Shown one piece after another: positions 1 to 11,161 of a DNA stretch of 64,000 bases. Both the position numbers and the translations under genes were made by a program. Every line of letters begins with the position of its first letter. Position 1 is the first letter of the stretch. The notes under the pieces were generated by a model. The model was not told the origin of the DNA. It searched no databases and was given only the letters and a program-made list of their open reading frames with translations. The stretch is from Klebsiella pneumoniae (GTDB lineage: Bacteria > Pseudomonadota > Gammaproteobacteria > Eutrophobiales > Eutrophobiaceae): the NCBI GenBank assembly GCA_945870865.1, contig CAMBTO010000003.1:11478-75477 (forward strand), written 5' to 3'.

Positions 1-2198
1 AAATAATGCGTTGCAAACAGTGTATAGGCCTGTACCTGATTTGCCAGGTAACTGGCACAGGCCCATGCCAGTGCCAGACCATCATAGGTACTGGTGCCGC
101 GGCCGATTTCATCCATCAGCACCAGACTGTGCTTGCTGGCATTATTCAGTATGTTTGCTGTTTCAACCATCTCTACCATAAACGTAGATTGGCCACTCGC
201 TAGGTCATCACTGGCGCCAATTCGGGTAAAAATACGGTCGATGGGACCGATAGTGGCAGATTCTGCCGGGACATAACTACCGATATGAGCCAGAATGACT
301 ATCAGTGCTGTCTGGCGCATGTAGGTGGATTTACCCCCCATATTGGGACCGGTAATTATCAGCAGGCGTTGGCTGTCGTTCAGCAGCAGGTCATTGCCTA
401 TAAAGGGTGCTTCCTGGAGCTGTTCCACCACAGGATGGCGGCCGTTTTTTATTGTAATACCCGGGGTCTCTGAAAATTGTGGGCGGCGATATCCCAGCAG
501 GTCAGCACGTTCGGCAAAACAGGCCAGCACGTCGAGTTCGGCCAACGCAGTTGCGGTGACCTGGATGGAAACTAGGTGTGTCCTGATCCGTTGCAACAGT
601 GTTTCATAAAGCAGTTTTTCCCTGGCCAGCGCTTTGTCCCGCGCGCCCAGTACCTTTTCCTCAAACTGTTTCAATTCATCAGTGATAAATCTCTCGGTGG
701 CCTTGAGGGTCTGGCGGCGGTGATATTCAATCGGGACGGTATCACTGTGCAGACGACTGATTTCAATATAATACCCGTGTACCCGGTTATAGCTGACCTT
801 TAGGTTGGACAGGCCGGTGCGCAGCTTTTCGCGTTGTTCCAGGTCCAGCAGCCAGCGGCTGACATCGGTGCTGAGTTGACGTAATTCGTCCAGTTGTGGA
901 TCAAACCCGTCGGCAATAACTCCGCCGTCGCGCAAGGTAACTGGTGGTTGCTCTACCAGGGCGAGATCGAGCCAGTCTTTCAACCCGGGTAACAGGTCAA
1001 TCTGTTGATCCAGTTCACGCAGGCGTGCGCAGGCCAATGGTCGGAGAAATTCATGTATGGCAGGAAGCGCCGCCAGCGTGTTGCGTAGCTGGATGAGGTC
1101 GCGTGGGCGTGCCGTGCCCAGCGCGGCTCGGGTCACAATACGCTCGGTGTCACTGATAGACCGAAGTTGTTCACGCAGATCGCTGTAAATCCGGCCCTCC
1201 AGTAAACACGCCACGGCATCATGTCGTCGCTGTAATTGTTCGTGGTCGCGCAATGGCTGCACCACCCAGCGCCGTAGCAGGCGTCCACCCATGGAGATAG
1301 TTGTTGCATCAATGATATTAAGCAGACTGTGCTGCTTGCGGCCGGACAGGTCCTGGACCAGTTCGAGGTTACGGCGACTGATACTGTCGAGCGTTATTCC
1401 GTCCTCGCTGTGTTCAACCATAATCGGTTGCAGATGCAGGATGTCCTGGCACTGGGTATCCCTTGCATAATGCAGCGCCGCGCCGGCGGCACAGATGGCA
1501 TTAACCATACCATTAATGTCCATGCCAGCGAGTGATTGCAACTGATACTGTCGCAGCAATAGTTCGCTGGCCTGTTTGTGGTCAAAATACCATTCAGGGC
1601 GTAACGTAACCCGACAGATTGCTGTGGCATATAACTGCGGGTCTGCGTTTTCACTGACCAGAATCTCAGCCGGACCTATACGTTTGAGTTCTGCGGCAAG
1701 CATGTCCGCATGTGCAATTTGCAGCACACTGAATCTGCCGCTGCCCAGATCCAGACTCGCCAGTCCAATACCCTGTTTGTCACTGTGCAATGCCAGCAGA
1801 CAACAGTCCTGGTTCTGTTCCAGCAGGGCTTCATCTGTCACCGTTCCCGGTGTAACGATGCGGGTGATCCGGCGTTCAACTGGTCCTTTCGATGTGGCCG
1901 GGTCACCGATCTGCTCACAAAAAACGACAGACTCTCCCAGCCGGATCAATCGTGCCAGATAGTTTTCGACCGCATGGTAGGGAACACCCGCCATTGGTAT
2001 CGGCTCATCGGCAGACTGGCCGCGTCGTGTCAGCGTAATATCAAGCAGTCTGGCTGCCTTGCGGGCATCGTCGAAAAATAATTCGTAGAAATCGCCCATA
2101 CGAAAAAACAGCAACTTGTCCGGGTGCTGCTGCTTGAATCCGAGATACTGCTGGATGACCGGGGTATGCTGCTGGATCGTAGGTGAGGGGATAGACAT
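1..2198 (-). CDS. mutS: DNA mismatch repair protein MutS (N-terminal ~730 aa; C-terminus lies beyond the window start)
   Basis: Not in the ORF track because it runs off the window. Manual minus-strand translation from the ATG at 2198 gives [45 protein letters not shown]. Further in come the Walker [14 protein letters not shown] and [12 protein letters not shown]. The frame stays open to position 1. Confidence 0.95.
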   Translation of the reverse strand, partial: MSIPSPTIQQHTPVIQQYLGFKQQHPDKLLFFRMGDFYELFFDDARKAARLLDITLTRRGQSADEPIPMAGVPYHAVENYLARLIRLGESVVFCEQIGDPATSKGPVERRITRIVTPGTVTDEALLEQNQDCCLLALHSDKQGIGLASLDLGSGRFSVLQIAHADMLAAELKRIGPAEILVSENADPQLYATAICRVTLRPEWYFDHKQASELLLRQYQLQSLAGMDINGMVNAICAAGAALHYARDTQCQDILHLQPIMVEHSEDGITLDSISRRNLELVQDLSGRKQHSLLNIIDATTISMGGRLLRRWVVQPLRDHEQLQRRHDAVACLLEGRIYSDLREQLRSISDTERIVTRAALGTARPRDLIQLRNTLAALPAIHEFLRPLACARLRELDQQIDLLPGLKDWLDLALVEQPPVTLRDGGVIADGFDPQLDELRQLSTDVSRWLLDLEQREKLRTGLSNLKVSYNRVHGYYIEISRLHSDTVPIEYHRRQTLKATERFITDELKQFEEKVLGARDKALAREKLLYETLLQRIRTHLVSIQVTATALAELDVLACFAERADLLGYRRPQFSETPGITIKNGRHPVVEQLQEAPFIGNDLLLNDSQRLLIITGPNMGGKSTYMRQTALIVILAHIGSYVPAESATIGPIDRIFTRIGASDDLASGQSTFMVEMVETANILNNASKHSLVLMDEIGRGTSTYDGLALAWACASYLANQVQAYTLFATHY

Positions 2199-2251
2199 GT
2201 CCGGGATTTTAACGATATTTGATCGTATTCGCTAACACTGGTTAAACGGGC

Positions 2252-2710
2252 TTATTTCGAACCGGTGGTCTGGATAAGTTCGAGTATTCCCTGCAGTATC
2301 TGTTTGCCCTGCCCGGCCGTTGCCTGATCCTCACCGGCATGCAGTTGCAGCTGCCCCAGACTCCAGGCGGACTGCTTCAACTGGATAATGCCGAGATTGT
2401 ACCAGGCCTCCGCCATATCCGGTTGCAGGCGGATCGCCTCCCGGTAAGCCACAATTGCGGCGTCCGGCCTGCTGGTATACGCGTATATATTCCCGAGCCT
2501 GTACGAGTGCAGTGCTTGTTGTGGTCCGGAACGGACCAGCTCCGAATAATGTTTCTCACTCGTCAGCCAGTCGGTGTTGGTATAGGCCGCACTGGCCAGC
2601 ATTTCGGTCCTTACCCGATCCGCTTCAGCAGTCTGCCGGATGACGGCGGTGCCCGGGGCACAACCGCTGAATAGCAGTATGGTCAAAAATGCGAACATAA
2701 TCCGTATCAT
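2252..2710 (-). CDS. TPR-repeat lipoprotein
   Basis: 152-aa ORF. The signal peptide has the lipobox LLFSGC. TPR-like segments are present (AEAWYNLGIIQLKQ, YRLGNIYAYTSRPDAAIVAYREAIRL). Confidence 0.7.
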   Translation of the reverse strand: MIRIMFAFLTILLFSGCAPGTAVIRQTAEADRVRTEMLASAAYTNTDWLTSEKHYSELVRSGPQQALHSYRLGNIYAYTSRPDAAIVAYREAIRLQPDMAEAWYNLGIIQLKQSAWSLGQLQLHAGEDQATAGQGKQILQGILELIQTTGSK

Positions 2711-2905
2711 TGCAGGCGTGTCTCCAGGCTAACTGCAGTTGTTGTCTGCTCTATATACTACCAGAACATTTTTCGATTCAAGCGGGCGCGACAGCAAAAC
2801 CTTAATCGGGTACAGGTCCCCGAAATTCGCTCTGTACTTGAAAAAATATTGTAAAGTCACAACATAGGACACCTGTGTATATATAACCGATGAGGAACAG
2901 CAGCA

Positions 2906-4843
2906 ATGAGCATAGAAGCAAAAAAAGAAACGCTGGGATTCCAGACAGAAGTACAGCAGTTACTGAGTCTGATGATACATTCGCTGTACAGCAACAAGGA
3001 AATTTTCCTGCGTGAACTGATATCGAATGCCTCCGATGCCGCAGATAAACTGCGTTTCGAAGCGTTACAGAATGCCGCCCTGTATGAAGATGATCCGGAA
3101 CTGAAAATCCGGATTGAATATAACAAGGACCAGAAAACAATTACAGTCAGCGATAATGGCATCGGCATGTCCCGCGATGAGGTCATCCAGAACCTGGGTA
3201 CAATCGCGCGTTCCGGGACTCGCCAGTTTGTGGAAAGGCTGACCGGCGATCAGGGCAAGGACACACGAATGATAGGCCAGTTCGGCGTCGGGTTTTATTC
3301 TTCCTTTATCGTCGCACACAAGGTTGAAGTGATGACACGCCGCGCTGGGCTGGCAGCTAGTGAAGGTGTGTTATGGGTATCCACCGGCGAGAGTGACTAT
3401 ACGGTGGAGACGGTCGACCAGCCTAAGCGTGGCACCCGGGTTAACTTGTATCTTCGTGATGAGGCCGCCGAGTTCTTGGATGGTTACCGTCTGCGCTCGG
3501 TCATTAAACGTTATTCAGACCATATCGCACTGCCTGTGGTCATGCCTGCGGAGGGTGAAGAACAGGGAGAGGAGACCGTCAACAGTGCCAAGGCATTGTG
3601 GTCACGTAACAAAAAAGAGATCACCGAAGAGGAATACTACGAATTCTACAAACATGTCGCCCAGGACTATGAAAACCCGCTCACCTGGCTGCATAACAGG
3701 GTAGAGGGCAAGGTTGAATATTCCAGTCTGTTGTATATACCGGCCCGCGCCCCGTTTGACCTCTGGGACCGTGACAAGCGGCATGGAGTGAAACTGTATG
3801 TACGTCGTGTCTTTATCATGGACGATGCAGAACAGTTGTTGCCGCCATGGTTGCGTTTTGTCCGCGGCGTGGTCGATTGTGACGATTTGCCGCTGAATAT
3901 CTCCCGCGAGATACTGCAGCAGAACCGGACCATAGATGCCATCCGTTCCGGGGTGACCCGCAAGATAGTCGAGGTGTTGGCGGTCATGGCGGACAAGGAG
4001 CCGGAAAAATACAGCGGGTTCTGGAAGGAGTTTGGCAAGGTCATCAAGGAAGGTGTGATTGAAGACCCTGCGGACAAGGACAGGAAGCAGGAGCTTGCCG
4101 GTCTGTTCAGGTTTTGTTCGACTCATACCGAGGGGGAGGACCAGACTGTAGCCTTGAAGGAATACGTATCGCGGATGCAATCCGGACAGAAGGAAATCTA
4201 TTACATCACTGCCGAGAATTTGCAAACAGCGCGTAACAGTCCGCATCTCGAGATCTTTCTGGACAAGGGTATTGAGGTGTTGTTGTTGACCGATCCGATA
4301 GATGAATGGGTCACCGGGCATCTGACTGAATTTGACGACAAACCGCTGAAGTCGGTCATGAAAGGTGAGCTGGATCTGGGCGATATCGGGTCGACCGAAA
4401 ACAAGTCGAAGCAAGAAAACACGCTGGACAGTCTTATTACCCGCATCAGGGAAACGCTGGGTGATCGGGTAAAAGACGTTCGTATCACTACACGTCTGAC
4501 CACCTCGCCGGCCTGCCTCGTCGCGGCTGAACATGAGATAGGCAGACACTTGCAACAGATCCTCAAGGCATCCGGACAATCGATGCCGGAGTATCGACCC
4601 ATTCTGGAAATAAACGCCGATCACCCGCTGGTGATGATGCTGGAAGACAGGCTGGATGATGATCGTTTTGCTGACTGGTCACATATCCTGTTTGATCAGG
4701 CCCTGCTGAGTGAAGGTGGCAAACTTGAGGATCCGGCCGGTTTTGTCAAACGCATGAATGCAATCTTTATGGAGCTCGGTGACAGACAGGCCGATGCGGT
4801 CGTTCGTCGTCATCCCGCCAACTCTCCAGTTATTTCACAGTGA
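2906..4843 (+). CDS. htpG: Molecular chaperone HtpG (Hsp90 family)
   Basis: 645 aa. The N-terminal GHKL ATPase signature is LLSLMIHSLYSNKEIFLRELISNASDAADKLRF, followed by DNGIGM and GQFGVGFYS. Length and layout match HtpG. Confidence 0.97.
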   Translation: MSIEAKKETLGFQTEVQQLLSLMIHSLYSNKEIFLRELISNASDAADKLRFEALQNAALYEDDPELKIRIEYNKDQKTITVSDNGIGMSRDEVIQNLGTIARSGTRQFVERLTGDQGKDTRMIGQFGVGFYSSFIVAHKVEVMTRRAGLAASEGVLWVSTGESDYTVETVDQPKRGTRVNLYLRDEAAEFLDGYRLRSVIKRYSDHIALPVVMPAEGEEQGEETVNSAKALWSRNKKEITEEEYYEFYKHVAQDYENPLTWLHNRVEGKVEYSSLLYIPARAPFDLWDRDKRHGVKLYVRRVFIMDDAEQLLPPWLRFVRGVVDCDDLPLNISREILQQNRTIDAIRSGVTRKIVEVLAVMADKEPEKYSGFWKEFGKVIKEGVIEDPADKDRKQELAGLFRFCSTHTEGEDQTVALKEYVSRMQSGQKEIYYITAENLQTARNSPHLEIFLDKGIEVLLLTDPIDEWVTGHLTEFDDKPLKSVMKGELDLGDIGSTENKSKQENTLDSLITRIRETLGDRVKDVRITTRLTTSPACLVAAEHEIGRHLQQILKASGQSMPEYRPILEINADHPLVMMLEDRLDDDRFADWSHILFDQALLSEGGKLEDPAGFVKRMNAIFMELGDRQADAVVRRHPANSPVISQ

Positions 4844-5736
4844 CAATAACAGGCGATAATCCGGTAACGGTTCGTGATCTGATCAATAATATAACCGGTC
4901 ATTTTGAAAGTGCCGATCTCTGGTACGGCCATGGTACCGACAACGCATTTGACGAGGCTGTTTATCTGGTCTTTGCGGGACTGGGACTGTCGTTTGATCT
5001 CCCGGATGAACAGCTGGACCGGCAACTGGAGCCTGATCGACGTGATCGGATCCTGCAACTGGCAAAACTGCGCGTGACAGAACGGGTGCCGGTTGCCTAT
5101 CTGGTCAACAAGGCCTGGTTTTGTGGTCTGCCCTTTTATATCAATGAAAGTGTACTGATTCCGCGCTCACCGGTGGCCGAACTGATTGAGGAAAATTTTC
5201 ATCCCTGGGTCCATGAGGACCGGGTAAAACGCATACTGGATATCGGTACCGGCAGTGCCTGTATTGCCATTGCCTGTGCCGCCGCCTTTCCCGATGCCGT
5301 TGTAGATGCGATAGACATCAGCGATGAAGCGCTTGAGGTGGCAAGGGTAAATGTTGATGCCTATAAACTGGGTGATCGCGTGCGGCTGCTAAAATCGGAT
5401 CTGTACGCGGCGCTGGCGGGTAATAAATATGATCTCATCATTGCCAATCCGCCCTATGTGAATGCCGATGATATGAATACCTTGCCGGATGAATACCGGC
5501 ACGAACCGCGTATGGCGCTGGCAGCCGGTGAGGATGGACTGGATCTGGTTCGCCGGATAATTGCAGATTCGCGCAGGTATATGAATGAAGATGCTGTACT
5601 GATCGTCGAGGTGGGTAACAGTCAGCAGGCGATGGAGTCAGCCTTCCCTGATTTATCAGTGGTCTGGCTCGACTTTGAACGTGGTGGCGAGGGGGTATTT
5701 TTACTGACAGCAGAGGACCTGACCGTTTCACAGTGA
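4840..5736 (+). CDS. prmB: 50S ribosomal protein L3 glutamine N5-methyltransferase PrmB
   Basis: 298 aa. Motifs: WYGHGTDN, VPVAYL.NKAWFCG, the SAM motif LDIGTGSACIAI and the catalytic NPPY. Its GTG start overlaps the htpG TGA (GTGA). It lies directly upstream of aroC, as in E. coli. Confidence 0.9.
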   Translation: MTITGDNPVTVRDLINNITGHFESADLWYGHGTDNAFDEAVYLVFAGLGLSFDLPDEQLDRQLEPDRRDRILQLAKLRVTERVPVAYLVNKAWFCGLPFYINESVLIPRSPVAELIEENFHPWVHEDRVKRILDIGTGSACIAIACAAAFPDAVVDAIDISDEALEVARVNVDAYKLGDRVRLLKSDLYAALAGNKYDLIIANPPYVNADDMNTLPDEYRHEPRMALAAGEDGLDLVRRIIADSRRYMNEDAVLIVEVGNSQQAMESAFPDLSVVWLDFERGGEGVFLLTAEDLTVSQ

Positions 5737-5873
5737 AAATCACTTTGCCGGTGCGCTCCGGTATATTGCCGCAAGCCGGTAGTGCATGTGGGAATATCGT
5801 GATCCTGCACATGACAAAATGATCCAGCGACGTTACGAGCGACTACAACAAAAATCTGCTAGAATACTGTGCC

Positions 5874-6974
5874 ATGTCAGGCAATACTTACGGAAAACTG
5901 TTTACGGTTACCACCTGTGGCGAAAGTCACGGCAAGGGATACCTGTGTATTGTGGACGGATGCCCCCCGGGCATGGAATTGTCAGAGGCGGACATCCAGA
6001 TCGATCTGGATCGCCGTAAACCCGGCAAGTCCCGCCATGTCACCCAGCGTCGCGAGTCAGATACGGTAACGATAATATCCGGTGTTTTCGAAGGCAGGAC
6101 TACCGGCACGCCGATTGGCCTGTTCATCGAAAACGAGGACCAGCGTTCGAAAGACTACTCAAAGATCAAGGACAGATTTCGTCCTGGCCACGCGGACTAT
6201 ACCTATTTGCAGAAATACGGAATCAACGACTATCGCGGTGGTGGTCGTGCCTCGGCACGCGAGACCTGTATGCGTGTCGCTGCCGGTGCCATAGCAAAAA
6301 AATACCTGCATGAAAGGGAAAGTATCCTCATACGCGGTTACCTGTCGCAGATCGGGCCTGTGCGTATCCAGTTTCGTGACTGGTCAGGAGTGGAGGACAA
6401 CCCGTTTTTCTGTCCGGACCCTGACAAGGTTGCAGAGCTTGAGACCTATATGGATGCGTTACGCAAGGAAGGCGATTCGGTTGGCGCCCGTATTAATGTG
6501 ATTGCGGAAAATGTGCCGGTCGGGCTGGGTGAGCCGGTATTTGATCGTCTTGATGCGGATATCGCCCATGCGCTGATGAGTATCAATGCCGTAAAAGGTG
6601 TCGAGATTGGCGCCGGGTTTGCCTCAATCGAACAGAAAGGTACCGTCCACCGGGATGAAATGACGCCCGCGGGTTTTCTCAGTAATAATGCCGGTGGCGT
6701 ACTCGGGGGAATTTCAACAGGTCAGGATGTGCTCGCCAGCATCGCGCTGAAGCCTACCTCAAGTATCCGTCTGCCGGGTCGTACTGTTGACGCCAATGGT
6801 GAAGCGGTTGAAGTCATTACCACCGGTCGTCACGACCCCTGCGTGGGTATCCGGGCGGTTCCGATTGCAGAGGCAATGCTGGCGCTGGTACTGATGGACC
6901 ACCTGTTGCGTCATCGTGCCCAGAATGCGGATGTAAAACCACCGGTACCTATCGTCCCCTCGCGTATAGACTAA
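5874..6974 (+). CDS. aroC: Chorismate synthase
   Basis: 366 aa. Motifs: [41 protein letters not shown] and GRHDPCVG. Confidence 0.97.
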   Translation: MSGNTYGKLFTVTTCGESHGKGYLCIVDGCPPGMELSEADIQIDLDRRKPGKSRHVTQRRESDTVTIISGVFEGRTTGTPIGLFIENEDQRSKDYSKIKDRFRPGHADYTYLQKYGINDYRGGGRASARETCMRVAAGAIAKKYLHERESILIRGYLSQIGPVRIQFRDWSGVEDNPFFCPDPDKVAELETYMDALRKEGDSVGARINVIAENVPVGLGEPVFDRLDADIAHALMSINAVKGVEIGAGFASIEQKGTVHRDEMTPAGFLSNNAGGVLGGISTGQDVLASIALKPTSSIRLPGRTVDANGEAVEVITTGRHDPCVGIRAVPIAEAMLALVLMDHLLRHRAQNADVKPPVPIVPSRID

Positions 6975-6983
6975 GCGAACACT

Positions 6984-7385
6984 TCAGACCTGCCCGGGAT
7001 TCCTGGTTATTCCCACTCGCAGTAATAATCCCGCCAGCAGAAATCCGGTATTTGTAATGCCGACCCAACGTATCCAGTGCGGTACCGCAATGACATACAA
7101 ACCTATCGGCAGAAACGAGACAAAAAACAGTACCAGTAACATTGTGCTGTTACCCTTGATGGATGCAATGACTGTCAGCACACCAATCAGGATCATCAGA
7201 AATACGACCAGCATACTGGCCGGTGAAAATGAAAACGGTGATGCCGGGTCCCACAGTGCCGCAATCCATAACAGACAGGATAACGAACCCGCCACCACGC
7301 CAACCAGGCGTCCTGTTTTCAATGCCAGTTGGCTGCGTATATTTGCGAACAAGAGTATGCCCCCCCCGGGTTGGTCGTACTGCAC
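6984..7385 (-). CDS. Small integral membrane protein (about 4 TM segments), unknown function
   Basis: 133-aa ORF made of hydrophobic helices. I recognise no family. Confidence 0.45.
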   Translation of the reverse strand: MQYDQPGGGILLFANIRSQLALKTGRLVGVVAGSLSCLLWIAALWDPASPFSFSPASMLVVFLMILIGVLTVIASIKGNSTMLLVLFFVSFLPIGLYVIAVPHWIRWVGITNTGFLLAGLLLRVGITRNPGQV

Positions 7386-7641
7386 ATGTTTGAGCCGGTA
7401 ACAGTACCGTGCGTAAAATACACATTCTAGTATAGCAGCAGTTAAACCCGCGCGGACACTTTATCCCTTACCACTGTTATCGCGTTTATATTTGCCCGGT
7501 GTCAGTGTGAGCCGATATACAACGATAAGGCCTTGATAAAAGGATGCAAATCAGGGACGAAATGAAGGCGCAAAGAGTACAATACCCAGGCGGGGCACAC
7601 GCACACTGATAATGGCAGGGCCCACATCAGGAGAACAGCAT

Positions 7642-9090
7642 ATGAATATTAGTACTAAACAGCTACAGCATCAGGAAGCACTGGAAGTCACCGCCAGTGA
7701 TATAGGTATGCTGCTGGGCAAACAACAGATAATCATGGATCTGTCACGACGGCAATCTGCCAGTGAAAAACAGGAGGTACTCGACACATTATTGAGCAGG
7801 CAACATGATGCCGAACTACGGACCAGATTGCGCAAGTTACATCCGGCTGATATCGCCTACGTCCTTGAAGGTCTGGCTCCCGAGCAACGGGACAGGTTAT
7901 GGAATATTATCGACAGCCGGGAACGTGGCGCTGTCATTGTTGAACTTTCTGACAGTGTACGTGCGTCGCTGCTCGGCGGTATGTCAGAGGAGTCTGTCCT
8001 GCAACTGGCTGAAACGCTGGAGTCATCAAGAGTGGCGGAATTCCTTCACTCGTTACCTCATGAACTTGGTGCCACTATTCTCGCCCGACTCGAGGCCAAC
8101 CGAAACGAGCTTATCCACAACAACTCCGGGTTTCCAAGAGATAGTGTGGGTTCGCTGATGGATCAGAATATGATCCGTATCAACGCAGACAGTACTCTTG
8201 CCAGCGTCATGGTTCTGCTGCGTGAACGCCAGCATGAGTACCGCAGTTTCGAACAGATTTATATTGTTGCCACGGACAATACCTATCTGGGTTGTGTAGA
8301 TCTGAAGCGCTTGTTATTCGCCCCACCTGAAACCAGAATCAGGGAGATTATGGAAAGTGACAGACTGTCATTCTACACAGATGACCCTGCATTCAATGCG
8401 GTCAGTGCCTTTGAACGCTATGATATGTTGTCTGCGCCGGTGCTGAATATACACAACCAGGTTGTAGGAAATATCTCAGTATACAGTGTAATGGATTTCA
8501 TGCATGAAGCACGCGAGATACAGCAACTAAAATCTGTTGGTCTGATAGAGGAAGAAGAGGTATTTACACCGGTATGGAAGAGTGCGCGGAACCGGTGGGT
8601 ATGGCTGGGTCTGAATCTTATGACGGCATTTTTTGCATCGCGTGTCATCGGGATGTTTGAATCAACCATCAGTCATCTGGTAGCGCTGGCAACCTTGATG
8701 CCGCTGGTTGCCAGTGTAGGTGGCAATACCGGCAACCAGACTGTGGCTATCATGATCCGAGGCTTGTCGTTAAAACAGATCAACCGGGACAATATCTTCA
8801 GTTTTTTTGTCAAGGAGGCTCATGTCGGTATGGTCAACGGTCTGTTATGGGGCGTGGCAGTTGCTATATTTGCGTATCTATTCTATGGAAATGAGATATT
8901 GTCACTGGTGTTGTTCTTCGCCATGGTGGCGTGTCTGCTGATTTCCGCCGCGGCAGGGGTATTTATACCCTATTTGCTGAGCCGGGCAGGTCGGGATCCG
9001 GTGATGGGTAGCAGTGTACTGCTGACGGCTGTGACCGATAGTGCAGGTTTTTTTATCTTCCTCGGACTGGCCAGTCTATACCTTACCTGA
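7642..9090 (+). CDS. mgtE: Magnesium transporter MgtE
   Basis: The ORF opens at 7612. I prefer the ATG at 7642 (MNISTKQ) because an AGGAG lies 8 nt upstream. It has an MgtE N-domain, a CBS pair and a C-terminal TM domain with VGGNTGNQ. Confidence 0.9.
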   Translation: MNISTKQLQHQEALEVTASDIGMLLGKQQIIMDLSRRQSASEKQEVLDTLLSRQHDAELRTRLRKLHPADIAYVLEGLAPEQRDRLWNIIDSRERGAVIVELSDSVRASLLGGMSEESVLQLAETLESSRVAEFLHSLPHELGATILARLEANRNELIHNNSGFPRDSVGSLMDQNMIRINADSTLASVMVLLRERQHEYRSFEQIYIVATDNTYLGCVDLKRLLFAPPETRIREIMESDRLSFYTDDPAFNAVSAFERYDMLSAPVLNIHNQVVGNISVYSVMDFMHEAREIQQLKSVGLIEEEEVFTPVWKSARNRWVWLGLNLMTAFFASRVIGMFESTISHLVALATLMPLVASVGGNTGNQTVAIMIRGLSLKQINRDNIFSFFVKEAHVGMVNGLLWGVAVAIFAYLFYGNEILSLVLFFAMVACLLISAAAGVFIPYLLSRAGRDPVMGSSVLLTAVTDSAGFFIFLGLASLYLT

Positions 9091-9814
9091 ACCTGTCTGC
9101 GCGATTTCTGGCGGGTTTGTCTGTACCGAGAGTCTGGCGAATCATCTCGGTTGTATCGTGTACAGAGTCGCCTATCATGTGTTCCGGAACATCACCGTGA
9201 TTGATGAGGCGTTCTCGATTATCGAAGCCGTAGCTTCCCATGATGATGCTCTCGTATCCGGTTTCACTGGCGGCACGGTAATCACTGATTTCATCCGCAC
9301 CAAATAGCGTCGATACAAACCGGTCTGATTTCATGCCTTCAAGCACATCGTGTTTTTTGGCCCCGATCGGTACCGGAATGACAAAGTCCAGATCCTGCTC
9401 ATTGACACCACTGTTGCGGAATACCTGGCGAATGGTCCGCCCGGGATTATGGGTGAAGTTACGACTGATGACACCGATATGGTATTCCGGAGATTCGATC
9501 AGCTGGTTTAATAACGGACTGAATTGCGTGTAGATTTCTCCCTGTTCCATATACGTGTCTGTCAGTTTGGCGCGGATTTTTTTCTGTTTGGGCAAGGCGT
9601 ATGAGATTAGATTGCCAAGGAATTCCTTGCCTCCGCCGATGTACTTCAGGAATTTACGCCGGTGACGGAAGCGATCCACATCACCAAGATCCAGACCAAG
9701 GTCGTCAAATGTCATTTTCAGCATCCGGTAGGAATCAATCAGAAAGCCGTCAAAATCAAGAACTATCAGCGTCTGTGCAGGTTTACGAACTGTGCGCTTT
9801 TTAGGCATGGTCAT
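9083..9814 (-). CDS. HAD-superfamily hydrolase
   Basis: 243 aa. HAD motif I is LIVLDFDGFLIDS, and a later GADE..D motif is present. Its start overlaps the stop of the upstream glycosyltransferase by 4 nt. Confidence 0.7.
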   Translation of the reverse strand: MTMPKKRTVRKPAQTLIVLDFDGFLIDSYRMLKMTFDDLGLDLGDVDRFRHRRKFLKYIGGGKEFLGNLISYALPKQKKIRAKLTDTYMEQGEIYTQFSPLLNQLIESPEYHIGVISRNFTHNPGRTIRQVFRNSGVNEQDLDFVIPVPIGAKKHDVLEGMKSDRFVSTLFGADEISDYRAASETGYESIIMGSYGFDNRERLINHGDVPEHMIGDSVHDTTEMIRQTLGTDKPARNRADRFR

Positions 9815-10977
9815 CCATTCATCCCGGCGTTGCGGATCGTGTTTTCATAGAACCTGACTGTCTTTTCGGCAAAGTGGCGGGCTGACCAGGTTTGTGCATA
9901 GATATGGGCATCGTCCGCCAGCTGCTGACGCATCTCCCGATTCGACAACAAGGTTTTAACCCTGGCCGCGAAGGTATGCGTGTCCTCCGGGGAAACAATT
10001 GCACCCTTGCAATTATGGAGTATGTCTATCGTACCCAGTTCTGCGATTGACACCACTGGTACCGCCTGCGCCATTGCCTCCAGTAGCACGAGACCCTGGG
10101 TTTCTGTCCTCGACCCGAATACAAACACATCACCTGCGCGATAGCAGTCCAGCAATTCAGTGTCACGGTCGAGATTCCCGGTGAATTGAACGTGGTGTTG
10201 CAGATCAAGACTTTTTACCATGCCCACCAGATGTTTCTGTGCAGGGCCTTCGCCGGCGATAATAAACAGCAGGTCAGGTACCGAGTGACGCAAAATATCT
10301 ACCATCTGTAACAGGAAGCCGATGTTTTTTTCGTGAGCGACGCGACCGATATGTATCAATACCGGTCGTTCCGGACTGATGTCGAACTTCTTCCGAAAGG
10401 CCAGGCCGTTACCGGGCTTGTACAGTTCATTAGACAAACCTGTCGCAATCACTTCGACCGGACAGGAAATCCCCTGGTTTTTCAGAACATCTAACATCGC
10501 ACTGGAAGGTACAATCACGGCGTCCACCTGCTTGCACTGGATACGGTTAATGTAACGTGCAGCGCCCCTTAATAGCGGGCGTGGCAGCAAGGGCAGATAA
10601 TGATGAAAGTATTCCTCAAAATGGGTGTGGTAGGTGACCAGCCTGGGTAGCCCCAGTTTCCGTGATAACTCAATACCGGCGTAGTGGGCAACAAATGGGG
10701 TCTGGATATGCAACAAATCGTATTTATGCCATTTCAGATCGTTAGCCAGTGCGCTGATATAGTCCCGGTTCATAAACCGATCCTCCGGGTCCATCGGTAT
10801 AGCACGTGAGGGTACGCGTATTATCCAGTCTTCATGCTGTGTCTCTGGACCGTATTGCGGTGCAATCAGGGTAACCTGGTGACCGAGACTGACCAACTCA
10901 TTGCGGAACGTCCTGATGGATGTTGATACCCCATTGACCCGGGGGAAATACACATCCGATATCATCAGGATGTGCAA
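9811..10977 (-). CDS. Glycosyltransferase family 4 (GT-B fold)
   Basis: 388 aa. The N-terminus MHILMISDVYFPRVNGVS is typical of GT4. The C-terminal E(x7)E-type region is ETQGLVLLEAMAQAVPVV. Confidence 0.85.
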   Translation of the reverse strand: MHILMISDVYFPRVNGVSTSIRTFRNELVSLGHQVTLIAPQYGPETQHEDWIIRVPSRAIPMDPEDRFMNRDYISALANDLKWHKYDLLHIQTPFVAHYAGIELSRKLGLPRLVTYHTHFEEYFHHYLPLLPRPLLRGAARYINRIQCKQVDAVIVPSSAMLDVLKNQGISCPVEVIATGLSNELYKPGNGLAFRKKFDISPERPVLIHIGRVAHEKNIGFLLQMVDILRHSVPDLLFIIAGEGPAQKHLVGMVKSLDLQHHVQFTGNLDRDTELLDCYRAGDVFVFGSRTETQGLVLLEAMAQAVPVVSIAELGTIDILHNCKGAIVSPEDTHTFAARVKTLLSNREMRQQLADDAHIYAQTWSARHFAEKTVRFYENTIRNAGMNG

Positions 10978-11161
10978 ACCGGTGTCCTTGTAAAGTCATG
11001 ACTGAGCATTATGAGGGTGCAGTATGCGGATGAAATATGACAGGAAGATGAAGCACCCTTTCAATCCAGCGAGTTCAGTCTCTTGATTGGCAGGCCTTAC
11101 GGGAATGTCGCAGCCAGCGGCAGGATTGCCGTCCTGTGTCTGACGAAAAAAACAGCCGAGG

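Noticed and set aside
3602-4624. Long antisense ORFs inside well-supported genes. Examples: 3602..4624 in htpG, 14644..15273 and 15925..16764 in the amidohydrolases, 23232..23897 in cstA, 43013..43594 in the reductase fusion, 46494..47345 in ygiQ, 49852..50496 in the hydrolase, 57661..58512 in ndvB.
   Set aside because: Each lies fully within a gene with strong family motifs on the opposite strand. Their translations are low-complexity and Arg/Gly/Pro-rich, as expected for shadow ORFs in GC-moderate DNA.
4840-4843. The htpG-prmB GTGA overlap as an unusual gene fusion or coupling.
   Set aside because: A simple 4-nt stop/start overlap is common in compact operons. Both proteins are full length and in separate frames, so nothing further is supported.
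7386-7641. Mg-sensing riboswitch (M-box) upstream of mgtE.
   Set aside because: I could not recognise M-box conserved segments by eye. M-box control of mgtE is mainly a Firmicutes feature. A covariance-model scan (Rfam) would be needed for certainty.
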